A stretch of 57,583 bases of DNA from Octopus bimaculoides. Its lineage: Eukaryota. The position numbers and the translations under genes were made by a program. The stretch is taken from the NCBI RefSeq assembly GCF_001194135.2, contig NC_068997.1, forward strand, positions 2,352,243-2,409,825. The letters run 5' to 3'. The notes beneath the pieces were generated by a model, which did no database searches, had not been told where the DNA came from, and saw only the letters and a list, made by a program, of their open reading frames with translations. The stretch's first letter is position 1. Each line of letters starts with the position of its first letter. Below, piece by piece: positions 1-11,990 of the stretch.

Positions 1-63
<63 letters not shown>

Positions 64-873
64 CATATGTGTGTGTGTGTGTGTGTGGTGTCTTGGTGGC
101 TGTGTTTGTCTCCCTATCACTGCTTAACAACTGGTGCTGGTGTGTTTACATCCCCATAACTTAGGGGTTCAGCAAAAGAAACCAATAGAGTAAGTACTAA
201 GCTTTTAAAAGATAAGTACTGAGGTAAATATATTCCACAAGAAGGTGGTGCCCCAGCATGCCCACAGTCTAATGATTGAAACAAGAAAAAGAGAAAAGAT
301 ATATATTTTTGCATGCACATGCTTATGACCTTGACCCACATATGAAGTACTTCTCACATCTGCGGAACAGTGCTGTTACTGTATGTACACTAGCACCCTT
401 GACCACTCCCCAAAAATACCAATTTTGAACTCATAGGTAATGGTTTACCAAATAGCATACATGCTATGTTCTCTCACATTTCTGACTTATGTATTATTAC
501 TATGACAGCAACAGCCTCCATTCTCCACCAACACACAAGCATACTCCCTGTACCTGATGCCACTACTGTCATTATCTCTACCACACCTGTTTCTTGCTCT
601 TGTTAACCTTATCATGCCTCACTTCCTCCATCCTGAATCAAGCGTTTCCATACAATCCTTCCTCCTCTAGAACATTGCACTCTTTGAAATTCTACAGCTC
701 TGGCTGAACATAGCAATTTAAATAGAAATCTTCAATGTTTCGAAAATACTTTTGTATGCCATTATTTAGCTTAACATCATAACTTTATGCTGAAGGTATG
801 AAATTTCTGTTCGAGATAAGAAATAGTCCATCTTACTGACCGTTTCTCAAGTGATGCCTATTTGTGGTCAGCC

Positions 874-914
<41 letters not shown>

Positions 915-1480
915 CCTTGTATGTTATTACTTGACAATCAAGAAACAACAACCAAATCTCCCTTAACTCACCTCCTAATGACTTAATAAAAGAAAGCCAT
1001 ATTAAAGAAGAAGATGGGATCGTTAGAATAGAGATGCCATTAATTATAGATCGGTTAGTCAAACAGAACTGACCAGGGGATCAAAATAAGATCAAAGTAA
1101 ACTGTGGTCATCATCATCATCCTCATCATCATTTTAACATCTGCTTTACCATGTTTAGATGTGTTGGAATGAGTTTATTGATGCAGATTTTCTTTGGCTG
1201 GATGCCCTTCCACTTGCCAACCCCCACCTGTTTCCAAATACGGTAAGATTTTCCCATGGCCAGACAAGTTCTTGCAGAATGTTAGAAATGAATGACATAC
1301 CTTATATGACAGTCACACACATATTTACAACTACCATGTGATGTCAAGACAAGAAGATACACACACACATACACACACATGTATGTATAGTCAGCCTGGG
1401 GCTATGGCCAAAGACACTTGTCTGGGGTGTCACACAGTGAGACTGAACCCAGAACCATGTAGTTGGGACACAAACATTCT

Positions 1481-1712
1481 TATTTCATTTATTTCATTAT
1501 TGCCCACAAGGGGCTAAACATAGAGGGGACAAACAAGGACAGACAAAGGGATTAAGTCGATTACATCGACCCCAGTGAGTAACTGGTACTTAATTTATCG
1601 ACCCCGAAAGGATGAAAGGCAAAGTCGACCTCAGCGGAATTTGAACTCAGAACGTAAGACAGACGAAATACCGCTAAGCATTTCGCCCGGCGTGCTAACG
1701 TTTCTGCCAGCT
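1481..1712 (-). mobile_element. SINE family B (ggcagaaacgttagcacgccgggcgaaatgcttagcggtatttcg...gagttcaaattccgc head)
   Basis: Near-identical to the 11783-11990 copy. Other copies at about 7600-7808(+), 18488-18694(-), 25365-25530(-), 29560-29740(-), 29835-30030(-), 30780-30995(-), 42278-42460(-) and 42490-42697(-). Confidence 0.85.
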
Positions 1713-2492
1713 TACCACACAGCCACACTTGTGCCCATTCATGTAAAATAAACTGCTATACCAGATTTTGAACTGACAATCTATAAATAACCACTCTAAA
1801 ATTAACCACTTGGTCAACTCACCTCACCTCACCTCCCCGACTATTTAGTCACTTCACCTTTCTATTTATTCATTCATTCACTCACTCACCTCACCGCTCT
1901 TCAACATCCTCTCCCGTTATCAGAAGGCTGCCGACAATAGAGACTAATTTGGTTTACAAAAATATTCCGACACACCTTTAGAAATTCACTTTGCATTTTG
2001 CCGCAGGTCTGAGCTTCAATGAAAACAGCAGAAAATGGAAAAGTATATACTAAAGGTGTGCTGAAGCAAGGAAATTGTTAAATGTAGAATATAGCAAGTT
2101 AACTCTATTATCTTGCAACTGGTAAGCAAAGTGAGTGGAAGAAAGAAAACAAAGCATTTGGGGTAGAATTTGGTAGATTTAAATGAAGCGGTGCCGAGAG
2201 AAGAAGAAAGGAGAAATCTCAAGCAGTTGCTATAAATAGATAATGGTCGAAAACAAAAATATAAAAATAAAAAAAGGAATTGAAGGGTTTTACTACTTTA
2301 CCTTTATTGCTTCTGTGCATTGTAAGTAAATTAGTTAAAATTCTTGCAGAGATAACACACTGACAAAATCTAGCAGACCACTGGTCCATATTTGGAATTT
2401 GTGTTAATGCATGTGTGTGTGTGTGTGTGTGTGTAAGTGGGTATGTGTGTGTGCATATGAGTGTATCAGTCTATGAGGCAAGAGTGTATATG

Positions 2493-2523
<31 letters not shown>

Positions 2524-3117
2524 TCACATATATTTTTATTGGTTTCAGTCATTAAATGGCGGCCATGCTGAGGATCGCTTTGAAGATTTTTTTTTTTGTT
2601 TTTAGTTGAATGAATCAAGCCCAGAATTCATTATTTTCCAATGACTTGTACTTCTGTCAGTAACTTTTGCTGAACTGCTAAGTTATGGGGATATAAACAT
2701 AACCAAACCCCAGTTATCAGGCAGTGGTAGGGGACAGACACAGACGCATGGACACAGACTCAGACACATACACACACACACACTCCCAGACATGTATGAA
2801 GGCCTTCTATCAGTTTCTGTCTACCAAATCAACTCACAAGACTTCTTTTTCTGTATATGTAAGATGGTTGAAAACTTTTGCATGGTATCATTTTGGTGAT
2901 TGTCTCCCCTCTTCCCACCTCATTCAGAACCCCTACTTCAATATATAATGATTAGGTATGGAAAGGACTCCCACAGAGCCAACGTTTCATCTCTAAAAAC
3001 ACAATGTGAAACATCCACTTACAAGTTGACAATTAGTAGAAATTTCCAATAGTTAAAAGTGGCTGAAGGCTATGAGAGCGTCTCATAAAGCAAGATTTAT
3101 ATATCTTAAATTTGCAG

Positions 3118-3194
3118 TGGGTAGTTTAGCTTAATCGGTCAAAGCATCATGATGCGTAATCACGAGGATGTGAGTTCTAGTCCACAGCTAGCCA
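3118..3194 (+). pseudogene. tRNA-like sequence (SINE head or pseudo-tRNA; possible CGT anticodon, Thr)
   Basis: A-box-like TAGCTTAATCGG, B-box-like GAGTTCTAGTCC, acceptor-like pairing tgggtagt/gctagcca with one mismatch, and anticodon arm catga-tgCGTaa-tcacg with one mismatch. The mismatches argue against a functional tRNA. Confidence 0.55.
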
Positions 3195-3433
3195 CCTACA
3201 TTTTCTCTGCAAAATAGGGGTAGTTTATCCTGTTCAGGCAATATTATTAGCATTATTTTGCGATTGAGAATTTAAAATCACTTCTTTAACTTTCTAAGAC
3301 ATCTCAACGCTTCTAAAAGCAAACTTCGTTTGGTTATTTACGTTTGTCGTAATTTGAATTTAACATATATACGTATATATATGCCAATATGCATATTTAA
3401 ACATACATCCATATATATATATATATATATATA

Positions 3434-4213
3434 NNNNNNNNNNNNNNNNNNNNNNNNNNNNNNNNNNNNNNNNNNNNNNNNNNNNNNNNNNNNNNNNNNN
3501 NNNNNNNNNNNNNNNNNNNNNNNNNNNNNNNNNNNNNNNNNNNNNNNNNNNNNNNNNNNNNNNNNNNNNNNNNNNNNNNNNNNNNNNNNNNNNNNNNNNN
3601 NNNNNNNNNNNNNNNNNNNNNNNNNNNNNNNNNNNNNNNNNNNNNNNNNNNNNNNNNNNNNNNNNNNNNNNNNNNNNNNNNNNNNNNNNNNNNNNNNNNN
3701 NNNNNNNNNNNNNNNNNNNNNNNNNNNNNNNNNNNNNNNNNNNNNNNNNNNNNNNNNNNNNNNNNNNNNNNNNNNNNNNNNNNNNNNNNNNNNNNNNNNN
3801 NNNNNNNNNNNNNNNNNNNNNNNNNNNNNNNNNNNNNNNNNNNNNNNNNNNNNNNNNNNNNNNNNNNNNNNNNNNNNNNNNNNNNNNNNNNNNNNNNNNN
3901 NNNNNNNNNNNNNNNNNNNNNNNNNNNNNNNNNNNNNNNNNNNNNNNNNNNNNNNNNNNNNNNNNNNNNNNNNNNNNNNNNNNNNNNNNNNNNNNNNNNN
4001 NNNNNNNNNNNNNNNNNNNNNNNNNNNNNNNNNNNNNNNNNNNNNNNNNNNNNNNNNNNNNNNNNNNNNNNNNNNNNNNNNNNNNNNNNNNNNNNNNNNN
4101 NNNNNNNNNNNNNNNNNNNNNNNNNNNNNNNNNNNNNNNNNNNNNNNNNNNNNNNNNNNNNNNNNNNNNNNNNNNNNNNNNNNNNNNNNNNNNNNNNNNN
4201 NNNNNNNNNNNNN
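3434..4213. other. Assembly gap (N-run)
   Basis: Other gaps: 5830-6490, 9850-10615, 16257-16266, 21537-21546, 23488-23575, 35883-36127, 40919-40984, 43260-43342, 44947-44956, 46826-47522, 54262-54801. Many abut (TA)n tracts. Confidence 0.99.
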
Positions 4214-5378
4214 AAACATGGGATAGAAGAATGGTTAGTGAGAGCTGTGCGAGCCATGTACAGAGACGCTGTCAGTAAGGTGAGGGTTGGAAATGAGTAC
4301 AGTGATGAATTCCGGGTAGAGGTAGGGGTCCACCAAGGTTCTGTTCTCAACCCCCTCCTATTTATCATAGTCCTCCAGGCGATAACGGAGGAATTCAAGA
4401 CAGGATGCCCCTGGGAGCTCCTCTATACTGATGACCTTGCACTAATTGCTGAGTCACTATCAGTACTAGAGGAGAAGTTTCAGGTGTGGAAGCAAGGACT
4501 AGAATCGAAGGGCCTTAGAGTTAACCTAGCTAAAACCAAAGTTCTAATAAGTAGGAAGGTAGATAAAATACAAATCCCTTCAAGTAGATGGCTTTGCTCA
4601 ATATGTAGAAAAGGTGAAGGTAGTGACTCTATTAGATGTACCCAGTGCAAGCTATGGACACATAAGAGGTGCAACAATATCAGAGGCAGGTTAGCTAGGA
4701 AGTTAGTTTTGTATGTGGCAGATGTTCAGGTGCAATAAACACTGTAAACAAACAGGAAACAACTTCTGTCTCATTCCAGGGAGAAAAACTGGATGTGGTT
4801 GATAGCTTCTGCTATCTGGGTGACCAAGTTAATAGTGGGAGTGGGTGCACTGAAAGTGTAGCTGCTAGAATAAGAATAGCCTGGGCAAAGTTCAGAGAGC
4901 TCTTACCTCTGTTGGCAACAAAGGGACTCTCACTCAGAGTAAAAGGCAGACTGTATGACACGTGTACGAACAGTCATGCTACAATGGCAGTGACACATGG
5001 GCTGTGACTGCTAAGGACATGCGTAGGCTTGCAAGGAATGAAGCCAGTATGCTCAGATGGATGAGTAATGTCAGTGTGCATACCCGACAGAGTAAAAGTG
5101 CCTTAAGAGAAAAGTTGAATCTAAGAAACATGAGTTGTGGTGTGCAAGTGAGAAGACTGCGCTGGTATGGACCTGTGGCGAGAATGGACGAGGATAGCTG
5201 CCTGAAAAAGTGCCACACCATAGCAGTTGAGGGAACCCGTAGAAGAGGTTGGCCCAGGAAGACCTGGGATGAGGTGGTGAGGCAAGACCTTCGAACATTG
5301 GGCCTCACCGAGGCAATGACTTCTGACCGAGACCTTTGGAAATGCGGTGTGCGTCAGAAGACCCGACAAGCCAAGTGA
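4214..5378 (+). mobile_element. RTE-clade non-LTR retrotransposon, 3' part (RT domain and C-terminus), frameshifted; 5' side lost in an N gap
   Basis: ORF pieces GVHQGSVLNPLLFIIVL...WELLYTDDL (YADD-like RT motif), VDSFCYLGD, RIRIAWAKFREL and RRLRWYG...RRRGWPRKTWDEVV, typical of RTE RT and C-terminus. Split over ORFs 4238-4738, 4795-5007 and 4962-5378. Confidence 0.93.
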
Positions 5379-5590
5379 GACTTAAATGCAAGGCCTCTGC
5401 CAGGGGTGTAGCCAGCCCACTTACGCGTACCTTTCCTTCATTGGACACTAAACTCCGCTTGCGAAAACCTGCTGGGGCAAGTGAAATCGAACTAAATTCA
5501 ACAACTGGCACCCATGCCAACGTCATCTCCTTCATTGGACAAGAAACTCAGCTTGCGAAGACTTATTGGGGCAAGCGAACGCGAAATCGT
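5379..5590 (+). mobile_element. 3' UTR of the RTE copy, with an internal imperfect duplication
   Basis: Follows the RTE stop codon. The segment ccttcattggaca...gcttgcgaa...ggggcaag occurs twice (about 5456-5482 preceded by 5435-5455, and about 5530-5575). Confidence 0.6.
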
Positions 5591-5735
5591 GAACTCAGAA
5601 CCTTGGGGTTAGTAGACTGCGCTCTTAACCACTACGCCATATGCCTGTGGGCTCATGCATAGTGGTTAAGAGTGCAGGCTACTCTCCCCAAGATTCCAAG
5701 TTCAATTCCAGGCAGTGACCTGAATAATAATAATA
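5590..5735. mobile_element. Two tRNA-derived SINE heads arranged head-to-head
   Basis: agtagactgcgctcttaaccacta (5611-5634) is the near-perfect reverse complement of tagtggttaagagtgcaggctact (5660-5683). Each side carries a GTTC B-box-like motif on its own strand. Confidence 0.6.
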
Positions 5736-7482
5736 ACAACCGAAACCGGTTCTGTAATGTTCTTTATAAAAGTATTTTACCATTTTCTACTTTGTCTTTT
5801 TTCCATATATATATATATATATATATATANNNNNNNNNNNNNNNNNNNNNNNNNNNNNNNNNNNNNNNNNNNNNNNNNNNNNNNNNNNNNNNNNNNNNNN
5901 NNNNNNNNNNNNNNNNNNNNNNNNNNNNNNNNNNNNNNNNNNNNNNNNNNNNNNNNNNNNNNNNNNNNNNNNNNNNNNNNNNNNNNNNNNNNNNNNNNNN
6001 NNNNNNNNNNNNNNNNNNNNNNNNNNNNNNNNNNNNNNNNNNNNNNNNNNNNNNNNNNNNNNNNNNNNNNNNNNNNNNNNNNNNNNNNNNNNNNNNNNNN
6101 NNNNNNNNNNNNNNNNNNNNNNNNNNNNNNNNNNNNNNNNNNNNNNNNNNNNNNNNNNNNNNNNNNNNNNNNNNNNNNNNNNNNNNNNNNNNNNNNNNNN
6201 NNNNNNNNNNNNNNNNNNNNNNNNNNNNNNNNNNNNNNNNNNNNNNNNNNNNNNNNNNNNNNNNNNNNNNNNNNNNNNNNNNNNNNNNNNNNNNNNNNNN
6301 NNNNNNNNNNNNNNNNNNNNNNNNNNNNNNNNNNNNNNNNNNNNNNNNNNNNNNNNNNNNNNNNNNNNNNNNNNNNNNNNNNNNNNNNNNNNNNNNNNNN
6401 NNNNNNNNNNNNNNNNNNNNNNNNNNNNNNNNNNNNNNNNNNNNNNNNNNNNNNNNNNNNNNNNNNNNNNNNNNNNNNNNNNNNNNNNNNTATATATATA
6501 TGCATGTATGTCTTTGTGTCTGTGTTTGTCGTCCACCACCACTTGACAACTTGTGTTGGTGTCTTTATGGATCAGCAAAAGAGATTGATAGAATAAGTAC
6601 CAGGCTTAATTAAAAATAATTAGTTGATTTATTTGACTAAATATTCTTCAAGCTGATGCCGCAGCATGGCTGCAATCTAGTGATTGAAACCAGTAAAAGA
6701 GTTAGAATATTAATGGTAGAATTAGCTAATTATCTATTTCCTCTTTCTTGAGCTCCATCATTTGCAAGCTACCACAAGCAATTGGTTTGGATCCAGTTGA
6801 TCATTGTCATTAGCTCAATAGCCTCCAGCATGCAATTAACACAGTAGGAATATTAAGAAATGAATTATTTAACATCCCAATTTAACATCCAATTACACGA
6901 CTAAGAATGCTTGTTTAAGGATTTATTCAATAACATTTTTTATATTTTTTACATCTATGTATTTTTATTATATTTTGTATAGCATTGTATTTTTATTAGA
7001 TTAAATATTTTGGGGGACACAACTGCATTTTGTTGTATTTTCTTAATGTTCTAGTGGCATCTAAAAAAATTCTCTTGTGTTGAAGGACTGGGAAAATATC
7101 ATATGTAGCAGTCAACACAATTGTAAATTTTTACTTAGCTGTAACTGACAATTGCAATGGAAGGTAAATGTTGACCACATTCATTTTTCTTAGAATGAGT
7201 TGATGATATCATATTAAAGATGATTGATAGGCTGGATTCCTTATTTAACCCTTCTTACTGTGAATATGATTAAAGTGTAATTCTCCAAAGGTTTCCTAGG
7301 ATTAAAAATCTCTGAGCATTTGATTTTTATTCTACTACAAGTTCGAATGCTGGAAGAAATTGGCCAGGGATTTCTGATTACATCACACACCAATTATGAA
7401 TAAACTTCCATGCTACTGAAACATATGCAGCATGTATTAAATTGTAATTGTTGATTAATTTTTTTGTACAATATATATATAT

Positions 7483-7530
<48 letters not shown>

Positions 7531-7821
7531 TTTTTCTATTCAAGCTGCAAAAACGTTACATATATATGATGATAAGGATAATATATACATATAGGCAATT
7601 GGGCTGGCAGAGTGGTTAGCACACTGGGTGAAATGCTTAACGGTATTTCGTCTGTCTTTATGTTCTGAGTTCAAATTCCGCCAAGGTCAACTTTGCCTTT
7701 CATCCTCTTGGGGTCGATAAATTAAATACCAGTTCTATACTGGGTCAATCTAATTGATTGGCCCCCCTCCCCTAAAATTTTGGGCCTTGTGTCTAGAGTA
7801 GAAAAGGAAAATATATACATA

Positions 7822-8914
7822 TACGATGTCACTAAGGTAAAGGTTGGCAACAAGTATAGTGATGAATTCGGGGTACAAATAGAAGTCCACCAGGGACAGT
7901 CCTCAGCCCCCTTTTGTTCATCCTAGTACTCTAAGCAATGATAGAGGAATTTAAGTTGGGATGCCCCTGGGAGATTATTTATGCTGATGACCTTGTTCTT
8001 ATAGCTGAATCACTAACAGAACTGGAGAAACATTTGTGGAAGCAAGGTCTGAAATCAAGAGGCCTCAGAGTCAATCTAGCTAAAACCAAAACCTTAGTCA
8101 GCAGGAAAGAGACAAATCACAAATCCCTTCTAGTAGATGGCCCTGCTCAATATGTAGAAAAGGAGTAGGTAGACACTCCATAAGGTGTACCTGATGCAAG
8201 CTATGGATACATAAGAGATATAGTAATATCATAGGAAGGTTAACAGAAAAAATAGTCTTAGTGTGTGGCAGATGCATAGGTATAGTAAACACTAGAAATA
8301 TATGGAAAATAGACTATCAAATGCCAAGAGAGATACCTAGAAGTAGTTGATAGCTCTTGTCATCTAAGTGACCAAGTCAGCAGTGGAGGGGAATGCTTTG
8401 AAAGCATAGCTGTTAGAATAAGAATAGGCAGGGCAAAGTTCAGAGAGCTTCTACCTTTATCAACAAAAAAAAATGGCTTCTCTCTCTGAGTGAAAAGCAG
8501 ATTGTACGATGTCTGTGTGTAAACAGCCATGTTACGTGGCTGTGAAACATGGGCTGTGACTGTAGAGGACATGTGTAGGCTTAAAAGAAATGAATCTAGT
8601 ATGCTGTGCTGGATGTGCAATGTCAGTGTGCATGTATGACTCAGTATCTCTTGGGCATAAGAAGCATCAGATGTGGTGTGCAAGAGAGGCGTCTGCACTG
8701 GTGTGGTTATGTGATTCATATGGATGAGGATAGCTGTGTAAAGAAGTGCCAATCTCTAACTGTGGAGGGAACCAGTGGAAAAGGTAGATTCAGGAAGACA
8801 TGGAACGAAGTGGTGAAGTGTGATCTTCGAATGTTGGGTCTCATGGAGGCAATGATAAGTGATCAAGACCTGTGGCAATTTGCAGTGCTTGAGAAGACTT
8901 GTCAAGCCAAATGA
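7822..8914 (+). mobile_element. Second, older 5'-truncated RTE copy (pseudogenised)
   Basis: GCPWEIIYADDLVLIAES, LRVNLAKTK, RIGRAKFRELLPL and RKTWNEVVKCDL. Collinear with the 4214-5378 copy but with many stops and frameshifts. Confidence 0.9.
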
Positions 8915-10615
8915 AATTGTAGTTGAGGCTAGTGCCAATGACACGTAAAAGGCACCCACTACATTCTTGGAGTGGTTGGCATTATGGAGGACATCCAGCT
9001 GTAGAAACCAAGCCAAATCAGATTGGAACCTGGTACAGCTCTGGCTTACCAGTTCCAGTCAAACTGTCTAACCCATGCCAGCATGGAAAACAAAACATGA
9101 TGATGACTATTTATGTATACATATGTAATATGAACAGCATCTTCTACTATACTGGGTATGCCACCAAACAGTTGCCTTATGGGACAGAATTACACTAATC
9201 TTGACTGCCACCCTTGTTAAGATTTTGTAGGATGGAGTGGGGAAATGACCCTATCCCTTTCTCCCCTGTCCTTCTTACTACATATCAACATATATCTACT
9301 GTACTTTCTGAACCTAACACTGGTGGTTATGTACTTCCAGCATGGCAGCATGGCACTTTAACATATCCTGGGTCAACTAATTTAGAGACCCTGCAACTGT
9401 TGCTGATAATAGCTACAAAGATAGATATTGATGCAACAGTGATGATGGTGATGGTGATGTTGATGTTGATGACGATGATGATGATGATTGCACTGGGTGG
9501 TGATGAAGAAGAAGAGGGTGATAATGGTGAATGATGAAGAAGAAGAAAATGGACAGAACCACTAAAATTTACGTGACTTTACCAAGAAAACTTTACCATC
9601 CCTGGCATCAGTAAAGAGAAGCACCCTCACCCACTCACCCTTTACCAGCCGCAGCACAATGTAGAAAATACAAGGAAATCAGCGGATTTTCAATAAAAGA
9701 CAAAAAAAAAAAAATTTACATTATTGAAAAATATATAAAAACAATAATAATGTGTATCTTTATTGCAATAGCAAAACTTTTATTGAAGCATAACTCAGCT
9801 TTGTGTTGTTGCTATTCAGTAAAGAACAACAAAGTTTAATATATACGTANNNNNNNNNNNNNNNNNNNNNNNNNNNNNNNNNNNNNNNNNNNNNNNNNNN
9901 NNNNNNNNNNNNNNNNNNNNNNNNNNNNNNNNNNNNNNNNNNNNNNNNNNNNNNNNNNNNNNNNNNNNNNNNNNNNNNNNNNNNNNNNNNNNNNNNNNNN
10001 NNNNNNNNNNNNNNNNNNNNNNNNNNNNNNNNNNNNNNNNNNNNNNNNNNNNNNNNNNNNNNNNNNNNNNNNNNNNNNNNNNNNNNNNNNNNNNNNNNNN
10101 NNNNNNNNNNNNNNNNNNNNNNNNNNNNNNNNNNNNNNNNNNNNNNNNNNNNNNNNNNNNNNNNNNNNNNNNNNNNNNNNNNNNNNNNNNNNNNNNNNNN
10201 NNNNNNNNNNNNNNNNNNNNNNNNNNNNNNNNNNNNNNNNNNNNNNNNNNNNNNNNNNNNNNNNNNNNNNNNNNNNNNNNNNNNNNNNNNNNNNNNNNNN
10301 NNNNNNNNNNNNNNNNNNNNNNNNNNNNNNNNNNNNNNNNNNNNNNNNNNNNNNNNNNNNNNNNNNNNNNNNNNNNNNNNNNNNNNNNNNNNNNNNNNNN
10401 NNNNNNNNNNNNNNNNNNNNNNNNNNNNNNNNNNNNNNNNNNNNNNNNNNNNNNNNNNNNNNNNNNNNNNNNNNNNNNNNNNNNNNNNNNNNNNNNNNNN
10501 NNNNNNNNNNNNNNNNNNNNNNNNNNNNNNNNNNNNNNNNNNNNNNNNNNNNNNNNNNNNNNNNNNNNNNNNNNNNNNNNNNNNNNNNNNNNNNNNNNNN
10601 NNNNNNNNNNNNNNN

Positions 10616-10647
<32 letters not shown>

Positions 10648-10667
10648 GAAAAATGGATTTGGTACAA

Positions 10668-10929
10668 ATCTTTATTCAATACGACAATCGTTTTTCCCCT
10701 TACTGCAGCTGTCCCTTATGTGTAGGTTATTGTGCATCTAGTTGTGTTGCATCAATCAGTGTGAGTACAACATGCCAAGAGAAACTCAGTTTATGTAACA
10801 GGATATCCACCAAACACCTCAGGTGACACAGACTGCACTCACTGATGCAATACAACTAGATGCAGAATGTCCTACCTATAAGGGACAGCCGCAGGATGGG
10901 TTGAAACGATTGTAGTGTTAAGTAAAGAT
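10668..10929. repeat. Fold-back inverted repeat (arms about 95 bp, spacer about 70 bp)
   Basis: 10668-10766 is the reverse complement of 10837-10929, for example gcatctagttgtgttgcatca / tgatgcaatacaactagatgc. Confidence 0.85.
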
Positions 10930-11367
10930 CCATAACAAATCCATTTTCCGTTTCCTCCATCAATTATAAACTAAACAAACACTGCAGACTTTCTGACATA
11001 AACCCAGTGAAAATGATATTGTAACTGTGGATGATATGAGGAAGCCCAAATGGTAAATGTGCTTTAATCGGCCTTCTAATACACGCATACCCAAGCTCCA
11101 AAGAATTACTTATATATACTTGTGCGTATATATATATATATATATATTAGTTTATGTATATATTAATATTATCTCAGTTATTAAAAAAAAACCTTTGATA
11201 ATGTAAATATGTTAATAGTTACCAGAGGTAGCAACATTACACTAAAAAACAAGATATCACAGCCGTTTTACAGGTAGAGATACCAAGTTAAAGTGATACA
11301 CTTTGAGAAGATATGAATAATAAAAATAAATGGAGCAAAACACATACATACAAATAAAAGTTCCTTT

Positions 11368-11458
11368 AATTCCTACACATGTTTCAAAATAAATGAGAGC
11401 TACTTCACAAAGAAGTAAGAGCTGCTGGGATTCCTCATATATTTCTCTTCAGGGAGTT
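11368..11458 (-). ncRNA. Type I hammerhead ribozyme with long domain II
   Basis: Minus strand: aactcc CTGAAGA gaaatatatgagg...tctcatttatttt GAAA ca-tg-tg TA^ ggaatt. Helix I 5 of 6 bp, helix II about 13 bp with one mismatch (first pair G.U), self-complementary helix III. Confidence 0.68.
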
Positions 11459-11489
11459 CATAATAAAACATATAATAGCAATATATATA

Positions 11490-11707
11490 TAAGGGGGTGC
11501 TGAAAAGTTCCTGGTTTTGGATAAAAGAAACTACAGGAGGATCAGTTAATTATAATTTTACTCAACACATTCCCCTCTCAGATTCATACACTTATTGCAG
11601 CAGTCCTTCAGTTTTTTCTAAACCCTGTAAAAGAACTCAGAAGATGGGTTTCTAACCAGGCCTTTCATGATATCCTTCAAGCCAGGAACTTTTCAGTACC
11701 TCTGATA
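11490..11707. mobile_element. Non-autonomous mariner-type MITE
   Basis: Terminal inverted repeats agggggtgctgaaaagttcctgg / ccaggaacttttcagtacctct, in TA-rich flanks. Confidence 0.8.
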
Positions 11708-11782
11708 TATATATATATATATATATACTGCTGGTAGGGTGCTCAATTATTCATACCCAAGTGCTGAGGTTGGGAAGCAAGC

Positions 11783-11990
11783 TTCTTATTTCTTTATTGC
11801 CTACAAGGGGCCAAACAAAGGAATTAAGTCAATTACATCGACCCCAGTGCGTAACTGGTACTTAATTTATCGACCCCGAAAGGATGAAAGGCAAAGTCGA
11901 CCTTCGCAGAATTTGAACTCAGAAAGTAAAGATGGACGAAATACCGCTAAGCATTTCGCCCGGCGTGTTAATATTTCTGCCAGCTCGCTG
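11783..11990 (-). mobile_element. SINE family B copy
   Basis: gtcaattacatcgaccccagtgcgtaactggtacttaatttatcgaccccgaaaggatgaaaggcaaagtcgacc...gaatttgaactcagaa. Confidence 0.85.

Noticed and set aside
835-880. Minus-strand CTGACCA...GAAAcggTC hammerhead-like string
   Set aside because: G8 is substituted without compensation and no helix I forms. Better explained as a simple ctgacc/ggtcag hairpin.
2354-2405. aacaca CTGACAA...GGAA tt tgtgtt
   Set aside because: Helix I-like pairing exists, but the core has two substitutions and there is no room for helix III.
3330-10741. Long ORFs spanning N-runs (also 35813-36133, 46545-47597 beyond residue about 93, and 54138-54887)
   Set aside because: Artefacts of translating gaps and (TA)n edges.
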